Source of the DNA: Carpediemonas membranifera BICM
Taxonomy: Eukaryota > Protista > Fornicata
Length of the DNA: 64,000 nt
NCBI GenBank assembly: GCA_019828565.1
Contig: JAHDYR010000012.1
Coordinates: forward strand, 1,731,780 to 1,795,779
Reading direction: 5' to 3'
The notes below the pieces were generated by a model. The model searched no databases. It was not told the DNA's origin and saw nothing but the letters and a program-made list of their open reading frames with translations. Each line of letters starts with the position of its first letter. Positions within the stretch are counted from its first letter, which is position 1. The position numbers were made by a program, and so were the translations under genes. Below are positions 11,901-22,854 of this stretch, in pieces.

Positions 11901-13480
11901 CAGGTAGGTCCTCTACGATATAAGCCGCGAGGGGCTCGGCAGCGCGGACGGGTATGTCGAAATAGGGCTGCGAGATGATCGGCGTGAAGCGTGTGGTGCC
12001 CACGTATTCTCCATGGACAGCCTTCCAACCATTGACGTCGCCGCGCTCGGGCGTGACTGTAAGGCCAAGGTACTCCGCCGCGTCGGGGCGCATGAGGATC
12101 GGGAACTGCTCGTTCGCCGTGTCCAGGCGCACGACGATGGCCTTGCCCTTGGATTCGGCTTGCATGAGAGCCTGATAGACCATGGTGCTCTCGGGCATGT
12201 CGGTCATGAGGGGCTCGACTTGATCGTCAGGGATGAAGGAAACCTTGCCGGGCCGCGGGGCACGCTTGACGGTCGCGGCGGCAGTCCCATAGGCCGGCTC
12301 CTTCAGCTTGCGCTTATCGAATAGCGCCTTGGCCGGGCCGTAAGGTTTCTTCCCGTGCTTATGGCAGGTGGCATAATGAGAGAGCAACTGGGCATCGGTA
12401 ACGTCCGGGTTCTGGACGGTCTTGTCGGTCAGCTGCTTACAGACGGTACAGTCCGCCGTGGTGTGCGTCTTGCTCAGGTGGAACGCGCATGACTTGCCGG
12501 ACGAGCCAGCGGGCTGGACTGGGCCCTGGCCGGGCTTCCTCGCCTCGGCGGCTGTCGGTCTGGCATGATCAAATGTGTATAGGGGCTCGATAAACTCCGC
12601 CTTCTCCTTAGCGAGAATCGCGTTATCGCGCATGGCGTTGATGAGGGTGCTGACGCTTTCACTCGCCCTGTGGATGCGATGATCGGACGTGCCTAGGAGC
12701 TGCTCCAGGCTCCTGGCGTCGAGGTGATCCATGGCGTGGACAAGGATCGTTTTGATCTCGATGCACAAGTCCGTGGATAGTTGTGGTGTCTCATCTGAGT
12801 CGTCAGGGAGGGTATAGGAGCGTATAAAGTCGCTCGAACTCGGCCAGGTAGGTGAGGATTGCTGAGAGCGCCTCCTGGCGCGTCCTGCGTGGACCAGGGC
12901 GGGACAGTGCCCTGAGTGCGGCTTTGCACTTCTCATCTCCAATGCTTGCACTCAAGCGGAACCACTGCATGAAGTTTTGTACTTGTCTGCAGATGACCTG
13001 GGAGAGTGTCATATTAGTCGTGTTAGTGGAGGAGGAGGCGTTGGCGGTCTTGAGCTTCTGACGGAGCTCCATCCGTAGGGTTCTGAGTTCCGCCTTCATG
13101 GGTCCCACTTCGTCCTTGAGGGTCTCGTCCTCTTCCGACATGGCGATGAGGGCCTGTAGATTCTCTATTTGTGACTGAGTGTGTCGTGTATCTGCTGACG
13201 TGGTCGTGAGAGGCTTGGAGAGGAACTCCTCAATTTCGTCACCCAGCCGTTGGAGGAACTTCTGAGGACCGGATTGATGTTTCAGCTCGGTGCCCTTGAG
13301 CGTGATATAGGGCACGTTGGGTCTATATATGGTGTGTATAACCTTCTCGCCAGCGCCAGTGAGGTGTCCTCTCAGGGGCGTGGGTTTCTTCTTCGTTTGG
13401 GCTTGCGTCTGAATTGCATCGCCCCAAGCGGCCCATTTTGCGATATCCGCAGTGTCGGGCGGCTCAATAGTCTTGTCCAT
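8991..13480 (-). CDS. A2 Gag-Pol with terminal chromodomain (1-bp frameshifts near 12810 and 10310)
   Basis: ORFs 12803..13513, 10024..12951 and 8991..10289 tile Gag (CAFH knuckle), PR (LDTAN), RT (FVDD), RH (YTDAS), IN (HHCC, DTVG/TDSG/ERTN, RGPY), chromo (WKVVDHVVQYR...VNWLGF). Confidence 0.93.
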
Positions 13481-13505
13481 GTGTTCTTGATGCTGTAGAA
13501 GCTTC

Positions 13506-13555
13506 TGTGGCACTGTGTGAACTAAAAGACAGGATGCAGTTTATGTCGTGCTACA
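13506..13555 (-). repeat. 5' LTR of A2 (50 bp)
   Basis: Identical to 8917-8966. Confidence 0.97.
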
Positions 13556-13561
13556 CACATG

Positions 13562-13612
13562 TGTGGCGTTAACTGAATGAAACTTCCAGAGGTGCACTTT
13601 ACGTCACTCACA
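13562..13612 (-). repeat. 3' LTR of A3 (51 bp)
   Basis: Identical to 22803-22853. Confidence 0.96.
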
Positions 13613-13634
13613 CTCCCCCTCAGATCACGCCACT

Positions 13635-16600
13635 CTACTCAGAGCGACTCTGGGAGGAGGTCTCAAAACGCTTACAGGCATCCGCGGCAGCGGAGTTGCC
13701 GGCAATGTACTTGACGAAGACGTCATTCGTCTTCAGATCTGCGGCGGCGTACCACTCGTGCTCATCCGAGTCGGTACCCACAAACGCGACATGGAACTCA
13801 GGCTCACCTGTGGCACGGAGGCGCCAGTCGTGAATAGCCTCAACGACGGCGAAGGTGGAGTCCGACATGAAATGGTGACGTGCTTGCTCCCGGGTCAGCG
13901 GGTGCGCAATACGGAACAGGCGGCTGGCGTGGCGGCGCACAACCACGTTGGTCACGGGGTTGAGCAAGGAGAAGGTGTCGTGCTCGTCAATAGACTCGAC
14001 ACGGTACGGGCCCCTCATCCGGAACTCCAACCGAGGAACGGGGCTGTCTCGGCGTACAAGGACCCAATCTCCGACTTGCAGGCTGTCGAACTTGTTCGAG
14101 GGGAAGGCTTGATCCTTGATCTTCTGGCGACGCTCTCTCTCCCCCTCAAGCCGGGCGAGGACAGCGATGGCCGCCTGCGACTCGGAGTCCGTTGGCGTGA
14201 CCGGAGTCTTGGGCATATGGTGCAGGGCAATAGCGGCGATGGCAACGGCGTATGGGGTTTGGTCGCCCAAGCGCTTCCTACAGGTTGCGTTCAGGTTCCT
14301 CTCCGTCTGCGCGAGGAGATCTACCCAGCGGCGTGAGTCGCCAATCGTGCTGGAACCGATGCGCAGCTGCGCATTGACTTCCTTGTTCGCTCTCTCGACG
14401 AGGCCATTGGCCTCATGACGGTAAGGTGTAGTCACGTGGTGCATGATGGCGTGGTGTTGGCACAGTTGTTCAAACTCTGCGGCGACGAAGCAGGGTCCAC
14501 CGTCAGTTTGAATACGGTCCGGGACTGTCCAGCGTGCGAAAATCTCACGGCTGACGGCTCTGCATACTTCACGGCTCGAGGTCGACTTAAGCGGTATCAG
14601 CCACGTAAAAAGCGACGCGTTATCGACAACTGTCAATATGTAGGCAAACCCTTCATCGGCCGGTGTCACGGGGCCAATGATGTCCATGTGCATGTCAGCC
14701 AAGATGGGGGCCGACGGGATGTGGCGCTCTGCGAACGGGACGTTGGGCCTAGCTCTAGCCTTTTCACAGGTTAAGCATTTTGCGATGCGGTCCGCAACCC
14801 AGCGGTCAGCGCCCTCCCAGTACGTACCGCGAACACGCAATAGCTGGAGGCAGGTGCCTAAGCCGCTGTGGTGACGGTCATGTACTGCCTTGAAGCGCTC
14901 CTCCTTAGCCTCCTCACTCAGCTGGTCTGTGACGAAGACAAGAGGTTGCGGCGGGGGCAGGCGAGATAGACCGTCGGCAATGGCGTTGTCAACGCCTGCG
15001 ACGTGGTGGATCTTCATGGTGCCATACTGAGCGCATTCGAGCGCCCAGCGGATGACCTTGGCGTTCGTGGCCGCAGTCATATAGACAAGGTTCGCATGGT
15101 CGGTGTGGAGGTGGATCTCCGATCCCAGTATCATGGGTGCGAAGCGTCGAAGCGTCGACACAAGGCCGAAACACTCCTTCTCGGTCGTGTTCCACGAGCG
15201 TTCATGGCCCGTGAATCGTCTGCTGAAGAACGCGAGCGGTACATCCCGTCCTTCATTCTTCTGGATGAGCACCGCCCCGACGGCGATGTTCGACGCATCA
15301 GTGAATACGTGAACTGGCTCGGCTGGGTCAAAGTGAGCCAGCTGGATCCTGTTGGTGATGAGGCTCTTGACTTCGCGCACGGCCGCGGCGATCTCATCGG
15401 CATCGACTTTCTCCTTGTTCGTCAGTCGCTGGATCGGGTCGACGACATCTGCGAAGCGGGGAACGAAACCGCGGAGGTATCCCGTGATACCGCTGAAGTG
15501 GCGTGCCTCCTCGGCGGTGCTGGGGACTGGTAAAGCGTTCACGTCCTTAACGCGCTCGGGGTCAACGAGGATACCATTCGGGGTCAGCTGGAACCCGAGG
15601 TACTGGACGCGGTCTGAGCCGATCAACGACTTCTTCCCTGCGATACGGACGCGGTGCTCCCGGCAGATGCGAAGCAGCCCGCGGAGCAGTTCGAGCAGTT
15701 GTGCTTCCGTTCCTGCGAACAACAGGACGTCATCAATGTACAGCGCACATCCTCCCTTGAGCGACTTCAGGAGTGACGCGATACGTTGCTGGAATACGAC
15801 AGGGCCATTGCGGACCCCGAAAGGGAGTCTGTTAAAAACATACTCTTTCGACAGATGGGCGAAACCCGTAAGCCTCTTGGCTTCCTCAGTCAGCGGCAGT
15901 TGATAAAATCCAGACGTGAGGTCAAGCGTTGCGAAGACAGTTGCCCTTTGAGCTTGGGCGAAGAGTTGCTCCGGCGTGGGCAGTGCCGCTCTCACAGGCA
16001 TCGTGACAGCGTTCAGAGCTCGGTAGTCGAGCGTAGGGCGGAAGGGTGGCGTGGCTCCAGGCTTGGGTATCAAGTTAAGCGGCGTGAGCCACTCAAGATG
16101 CTCAGCAGGCGAGATGACACCGAGCTCCAAGAGCTCTTCAATGATGGTCGAGGCAGCATCGCTGCGGGTCCGACTCATTGTGCGTGGCGTAGCGCGGTAA
16201 GGGGTGGCCCCCGGCATCAGCTCGATGTCATACGGCGGCAGAAGTGCTCCGCGGCGGTCAAGCGGGCCGAACACATCTGTATATTCCTCGATCAGGTGCT
16301 TGAATGCGACCGGATCTTGGAGGCAGTCACCGATTTGCGGCAAAACCGGCGGCTTCGTGTATAGCACAGCAAGATCCTTCACGTCGGCCACGTCGTGGAG
16401 ACTGACATGGGTCGGCAGGGGTGTGCCATTGGGGCGTAACTCGATGTGCAGCTTTTCGAGCAGGGAGCGTGACGCGAGCGCGTCGAAGCTGATAGCGTCG
16501 GTGAAAAGCAGTCGGCTCTCCAGGGCGACTTCGTGGAACAGCGGTCCATCGTGCAGCCAGCCAGGTGCATCTCGGCTGAGGTCGAGACGGGCGATGGCCT

Positions 16601-19600
16601 TGCCCGTCCCAATGCCATGCAGGGGCGTCTCCTCCCGAACTGCAGAGGGGAAATGGTGCAGGTGCCTCGTATGGACGAGGACGTCGTGGCGTAGATTGAA
16701 CGTATCTAGGCCCAGGTCGAGGTCGACGCCGCCTACACGGAGACGGCAGAACCACTTGTTGCATGCAGGTGCTGTAGCGATGAGAGGAGAGAGAGGATTT
16801 ATAGGGTTTGACCCGGGACACAAAATTGGATAAAACTAATCGACCCGAAGGTCTACACTACCCCCATGATGTTGGTAGGCATCATCTGCGTCTGGATAGT
16901 CAGAACTTTGATCCAACCCTTAAAGTGCACGACTCTAAGTTCGAGTCATCGCTGAACGAACGTATGAAGGGATGAAGTTGGCGAAAAACTGAAAGTGGGC
17001 TCAGTTCGTTGGCCGCCCTGGGGGAATGCGTTGGCGTAGTACCGGCTATGATCAACGTGCGTGGGCGGAGTTCTCGTCGGAACGAAAAGTTGCCGTCAGC
17101 AACTTGATGTCGCCGATCACGCTGGAACTTGTGGAATAGGCATCATATCTATAAAGGAGATCAATCCTTGTGTATCTGCCTATATGCAGCAACGGGGCGG
17201 TTGTATCAACCAAAAGTTGGTGGGATAAAGGAAAGCTCAGCGTGATGAGAATGATACGGTAAGTCTGTGAAGATTCTGCCGTAACTCTGAAGATAACTGG
17301 CTTGTCGGCGTGGAATGAAGCAGTTTGGGAGAAATGCCTCTCGAGGCCTTTGTGTGCAGCTTAGTGCCGAGGGCGCTGCGACTTGCTCCGCCCCCATGCC
17401 CGGCGGGCACGCGCTAGGAGGGGTATGACCTCTGGATGTGACCCGACATAACGGTCGAGGGCTTCAAGCTGATCTAGCTCTCGGGAGAAGGGCTCATCTG
17501 TGGACTCTTCCGGCTCGTAGTTGAGCCATTTGATGGTGAGAAACAGACGATTATCGTTGTCTAAGTGATGGTCAACGATGGCTTCAACTAGGTATTCGCC
17601 GGTCTGCCGCGTGGCGTACTCCGTGACTTCATCTCGTGTGAGCTTGGTGTAGAATGGCGTCAGGCGGTCCGCGTGGACGGTGAAGGTGGCTAGGGACACC
17701 AAGTCTTGTAGTTCATACGTATTACGGATAGTTCCCGCCCCCACAACCAGCAATGGGCCTCTCACACGGCGATCGAGCTTGGAAGGCTTGCTGGTTGGCC
17801 ATAAGAGGACATAGTCGTCGGCTTGGAAGCTCTGACCACTCTTCGGACGTCTTTCTTGCTGGGCTACGAGCATTTCCTCCTGTATTTGCGCCCAATTGTT
17901 GATGTCGGCGCGGAATTGTTCAATCTGCGCGGCAATGTGCGGCTCACTAGCGAGCGTTGTAGGATCCACCGGTGTGAAGTTCGCGTTAAAACAAAAGCTT
18001 CAGTGGGGACAATTTGCTGCGAGTGTTGGGTGTCGCGTTGAGGATATAGGTGACGGCCGGGATTAGGCTGGGCCACTCCGTCTTGTCTTGCCGGTTGTCG
18101 AAAAGCAGTGACCTCATATACTTAATGATCTCCGCGTTCTGGCGTTCCACTATGCCGTTGGCGGCTGGGTGGTAGGGCGGGGAGAAGCGGTGGGATAAGT
18201 CGAGACGTTCGTGGAGCTCGGCGATGGCCTGGGCTGTGAATTGAGTGGCGTTATCGGACTGTATCTCCTTAGGTCTGCCGAAATTGGCGGACCAATCGCG
18301 GATGGCAGCGGCAGCGGCGCTCGCCGAGCAAGTCACTGTGGGGTAAAGCTTAGTATACTTGCTGAAAGTGTCCACAAGGACTAGGAGATATCTCTCGCCG
18401 GTGTCGGCAACAGGGAGAGGGCCGAGCGTGTCTATCTGAATCCGCTCGAATGGAGCACTGGCGGCGGTGCGTCCCATGGATGTCTGTGCGGGCTTCGTAG
18501 GCCTTGTCAGCTGGCAGGTAGGGCAGGTGGAGATGACACGTCGAGTGTCGGCTACCATGCCTTTCCAAGTGTGGCCTGCCTCTCGGAGGTGCTCTACAAC
18601 GGCCCTATATCCGACATGGCCTCCACGTCGGCCGTGGAAATGCATAATTAGCTCCTCCCGTTCGGAGGGAAGTAGCGTGACAGATAGAAGGCGACTAAGT
18701 GCGTCGGCGGCGCCGTTGTCGGCGCCGGCCACATGCACAATGTCGAAGTCGTATGTCTGAAGCTGCAGGCGCCACCTCTGGACCTTGGGTGCTGTGGCGG
18801 TGGCCATAAAGACCAGATTACGGTGGTCGGTATGCAGTGTGAAGTGGCGACCCCTGAGAAAGTGTTGTGCCTGAGCAATCGCTGATATAATAGCGAAACC
18901 TTCTTGTTCATAGGTAGACCACCTACGTTGGACGGGGGTCAGAGTCTTGGAAAAATAGGAGACGACTTTCATCTCCGAGCCGGTCCCGGTAGTGAGCACC
19001 GCACCTATGCCTATGTCGCTGGCATCAGTAAACAGGTGAAGGGGCTGGTTTGGTTTCGGGTGGGCCAGGACCATGTTATCCAGGAGGGTCTCCTTGATCC
19101 GCTCGAGGGCTTGCTGTTGGGGGGCCTCCCAGCGCCACGCGACGCCGGATCGCGTTAGTGCTAGGATCGGCTCAGCTGTCACAGCGAAGCTCGGTATCAT
19201 CGGGCGGAAATAGTTGACGAGACCTAAGAGGCTGCGTACCTCAGAGATGTTTGAGGGGGCCTTGAGCGTGCGGATGGGTTCGAGACGATCGGTCGAGATG
19301 GATTTCCCTTCCGCGGAGACATGCCATCCGAGATAGTCGATGCTTCGGGCTGCGAGGATGGTCTTCTTGGCGTTGATCCGAAGGTTGGCGGCGTCGAGCC
19401 GTTCTAACACATCCCTCAGATTGCTGATGAACTCATCTTGGTCGTTACCGAAGACAACGATGTCATCAATGTAGACCAGCGCTCTTATGTAGAGAGCGGG
19501 ACCCAGGGCTTCCTCTAGGCATCTCTGGCAATGTATTGCGGCGTTCCGGAGGCCGAAAGGCATCCGTAAGTACTCGTATTTCTTCCCGGCAGCAACAAAT

Positions 19601-22600
19601 GCAGTAATGGTTCTTGCTGTATCAGTGAGTGGGATTTGAAGGAAGGCCTTGGACAAGTCTATTGCAGCGAAAAACTGCTTTCCTTCCAGGGTTCCCACGA
19701 GGTCATCAATGATAGGCAGGGGGTGCTCGTCAGGTCGGGTAATCTCGTTGACCCGGCGGAAGTCAAGGCACAGTCTTATTGTCCCGTCACGCTTGGTGAC
19801 GGCAACGATTGGGGAGTTGAACTGCGACTCTGAGGGTTGAATGATTCCAGTTGCCTCCTGCTCCTCAGTCTGCCGGCGAATTTCTTCGAGGACAGCGGCT
19901 GAGTAGCGGTATGGTGGGCAGTTGGTGGTCATTCCTTCCTCGAGGACAATGTCGAAGGGTGTGACCTTGGCTGGCGTGGCTGTCAGACCGCCGAACAGCT
20001 CAGGAAAGCGCCTTTGAAGGGCCTCGACTTCTGAAGCTAGCTCGGGCACCAGGCACTGGGGCTCCTGGTTATCGTCGGTCTCTATGACGTTGAGGTCCAC
20101 GTCCACCTCGCTGTCAGTGTCAGAAACGTCTGGTTCGCCCATATCAAAGCGAACGACGCCTAGCTCGTTAAGAAGTGGATAGCCAAGTACAAGTGGATGG
20201 GATAGCTGATCCAAAACTAGGAGGGGGCCAACGCCGTGAGTTGGCGCCCCGATGTCTTACAAACTCCAAGGTCGAGCTCCAGTATGGCTTCCTGAGCGGC
20301 TTTCATTATTTGGCCACTGCCAAACTGGACCTTGCGAGTCGTGGGCCGTACCGAGATTGGTTTGAGCTGCTCCAGGAGCTCGCGGCTAATAAAATTCGCT
20401 GTGGCGCCTGTGTCAAATAGCGCGCGGACACATGGCATCCCTGGGGTCGACACCGAGAATACGGCCTGCGGTGTCACTCTCTCTGGACCAGGCAAGGGAT
20501 CTATCGTCAACAGCTCAAAATAGGATGCCCGTTTATTACGGGGCTTCTTGTCACGCTTAGCGAAACAGTGGTCTATGTCATGGCCGACCTTGCCGCAGAA
20601 GGAACACGTAGGGCGCGGAGCCGCGGAGTGGGCGTTGGGGCCCGGGCGTTCAGCGGCGCGTAGGCGGTCCCCCTCGCGGGTGACCTGTTCCACGTGCCGA
20701 GCCTGCTCTATGGCGGCGCGGAAAGTGGCGTCTAGGTCCCGGCGATCCTGGTAGGTTAAGACGCGATCGCGGAGGCGCTCCGGCTGGATGTGCTGCACGA
20801 AACAGCGGACGAGTTGCTTGATTGAAGGGCGAACATCGCCGCAGTTCTCAAGCTGCGTCTGATATGCATGGACGTAACGGAGAACGTTGTCCTGAAGGGG
20901 ACCACGAGAGTGGCAGGTAATCCGCTCGAAGCGGTCAAGGGCTTCTCTGCGGTCGATGGGCTGGAAGAGAACGTTGATGCGGCGTAGGATGCGCGAGGAT
21001 TCGGCGTCCTCGGGGAAAACGGGAAGAGGATCAGGAATAGGTGCTTCGTCCTCGGTGTCATCATCCGTGGCGTCTTCGAAGTCTTCGTCGCTCTCATCGT
21101 CCTCCCTCAGCAACAAGGGCGTTGCGAGCGGGATCAGGAAGGGATTCTTTGAGAGCGGGGTCACGGAGAGCGAAGATTTGCCATACCGTACGGCCAATCA
21201 AGTGCTTAATAGGAATAGCACCGCCTTTGGCACGGTACGCGTAATAGTTCTCGCGGAATTCCTCCCACTCTTTCTGAGTAGTCTTGGTGAGGAAGGGGGC
21301 CATAAACAGGTCAATTGACTGGAGCTGATTCATCTTACTAGGTACCAGTAATTACTGTAGCGATGAGAGGAGAGAGAGGATTTATAGGGTTTGACCCGGG
21401 ACACAAAATTGGATAAAACTAATCGACCCGAAGGTCTACAGGTGCGAAGCGGGTCCGGACTGCTTCTTCGGCGAGAAACAGTGCCTTCTGACGGGTGCGG
21501 TCGGCCGCTACATCCGCGGTCCTGGAAAGGTCGATCTTGCGGCGTTCGGCCTCAGCTCGGACCTCCCTCATCGGCTTCCAGGCCGGGTAGTGTGTCTTAC
21601 ACTCACGGGCGTGCGCGACAATCTGGGCGTCAGATAGCTTGTCAATGCCCTTAACGAGGTCGGGACAGGAGTTGGTGCTGTGGTCTTTTGCAGCTGGGTG
21701 GAATGCGCAGACCTGGCGAGGAGCCTTCTTCGGCTTGGCATCCTTGGTCTCACGGTCAACCTGTGCGCTGGTTTCGGCGGGTACCTTAGCGGGCGGGGCT
21801 CTGCGCGCGTCACCCTCGGTGTCGTTGTGCTGGGTGCTCCGGGCGCTCTGGGCGGCATGGCCTTCAAATTCCCGGATTTCATCGCGGTAGCTACGAAGCT
21901 TCGCAACCAGCGCGGTTGCTCTCGACATCAGGTCGTCGAGGCAGAGACTGCCGTCGAAGTACGTTGTGGCGCCCTCACCGAACAGGCGGGTGAGAGCGAG
22001 AGGGGGGGCGTTCATGTGGGTGAGGATAATCTTAATCACGGCGGCGTTGATTTCCTCGCTCACAGCGGGTGCGGCATCGTCGCCGGTCTCGGCGAGGAGT
22101 GCGGTGTAGTTGTAGTCTCGGAGCGTCTGCTGAACTTCAGCGAGATACACGGCGGCATTGTCGATCGAGAAGTGCTCATGGCCTTTAGGCTTGCGCGACA
22201 GTTGGCGGAGCGCCACCTGGAGCTGTTCTGCGGGCGTCGCAGAGAGTGTCCGACCGACAAGGTCCCGCAGCCTGCGGGCCTGCTCAACCAGAGCTGCCTT
22301 TTGTTGCGCTCGCGTCCCGTGCGGGAACACTGGCTTGTAAGGCTTGATGAGAAGCATGCCGCGGGCGGCCTTGAGCTCCTCCAGCTCAGCCTCGGCCTCG
22401 GCACAGGTCTCGACGGAGGCTTCGTCGGTGCGGGCCTTGAGGAGTCTAATACCCTCCTCGAGCTGATCCATACGCTTCTTCCCTTCTTCTAAGGGGTCCT
22501 GATCGGGCTTGGGCTTCTTGAGGGTGTACGGTTCGGCTTCGGTTGATAGGAACGTCAGTAGGTCCGTGTGCGTTCGGAACTTGCGGGCGTCGGAGCCATC

Positions 22601-22780
22601 AAGTGGCAGATATGCGGCTTCCTTACTACGCAGCAGCGTTGTAAAGAAGTCATGATGTGCGGGCGTGAACAGGCTTGCCACAGGACACAGAACGTCCTCG
22701 GCTTGTAGGTAGTGCTGCAGCGACTCTACAAAACCATTCCAGACGGACAAGTCATCTGAATTGGGTAAGAGTGGTTTCAT
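13635..22780 (-). CDS. A3 single Gag-Pol ORF split by C1 insertion (22780-21441 + 16767-13635)
   Basis: MKPLLPNSDDLSVW...CAFHPAAKDHSTNSC...RTRFAP joins in frame to ACNKWFCRLRVGGVDLDLGLDTFN; RT YIDD, RH FTDAS, IN DIIG/TDGG/ERAN, RGPY, chromo-like end. Confidence 0.93.
16773..16857 (-). repeat. 3' LTR of C1 (85 bp)
   Basis: Identical to 21356-21440. Confidence 0.97.
17361..21333 (-). CDS. C1 Gag-Pol with chromodomain (1-bp shifts in homopolymers near 21105, 20225, 17990)
   Basis: CSFCGKVGHDIDHC, LFDTGA, YIDD, FTDAS, HHCC/DDE integrase, RGPL, EYLVEAIVDHH...IKWLNY across ORFs 21094..21333, 20217..21197, 17986..20214, 17361..17969. Confidence 0.93.
21356..21440 (-). repeat. 5' LTR of C1 (85 bp)
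   Basis: Identical to 16773-16857. Confidence 0.97.
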
Positions 22781-22802
22781 TGTTGTTGGCTCAACAAGCT
22801 TG

Positions 22803-22853
22803 TGTGGCGTTAACTGAATGAAACTTCCAGAGGTGCACTTTACGTCACTCACA
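22803..22853 (-). repeat. 5' LTR of A3 (51 bp)
   Basis: Identical to 13562-13612; abuts PRP31 ATG via the CATG TSD. Confidence 0.96.
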
Positions 22854-22854
22854 C

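Larger units (their letters stand above)
8917..13555 (-). mobile_element. Full-length Ty3/Gypsy LTR retrotransposon A2 (4.6 kb)
   Basis: Identical 50-bp LTRs 8917-8966 and 13506-13555; TSD CACA (8913-8916 / 13556-13559); PPT AGGGGGGAA (complement of 8967-8975). Confidence 0.97.
16773..21440 (-). mobile_element. Full-length Ty3/Gypsy LTR retrotransposon C1 nested in A3
   Basis: Identical 85-bp LTRs 16773-16857 and 21356-21440; 5-bp TSD GGTGC (16768-16772 / 21441-21445); PPT GGGGGTAG next to 3' LTR. Confidence 0.97.
13562..22853 (-). mobile_element. Ty3/Gypsy LTR retrotransposon A3, interrupted by C1
   Basis: Identical 51-bp LTRs 13562-13612 and 22803-22853; TSD CATG (13558-13561 / 22854-22857); PPT AGGGGGAG (complement of 13613-13620). 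Confidence 0.96.

Noticed and set aside
16858-17360. 500-bp 3' region of C1 as a possible antisense gene or structured RNA
   Set aside because: No long ORF, no B-family motif, only small hairpins
22781-22852. N-terminal extensions of ORF-track proteins into LTRs (21419..22852, 620..2734, 13635..16823, 40235..40666)
   Set aside because: Artefacts of alternative start codons inside LTR or nested-element sequence
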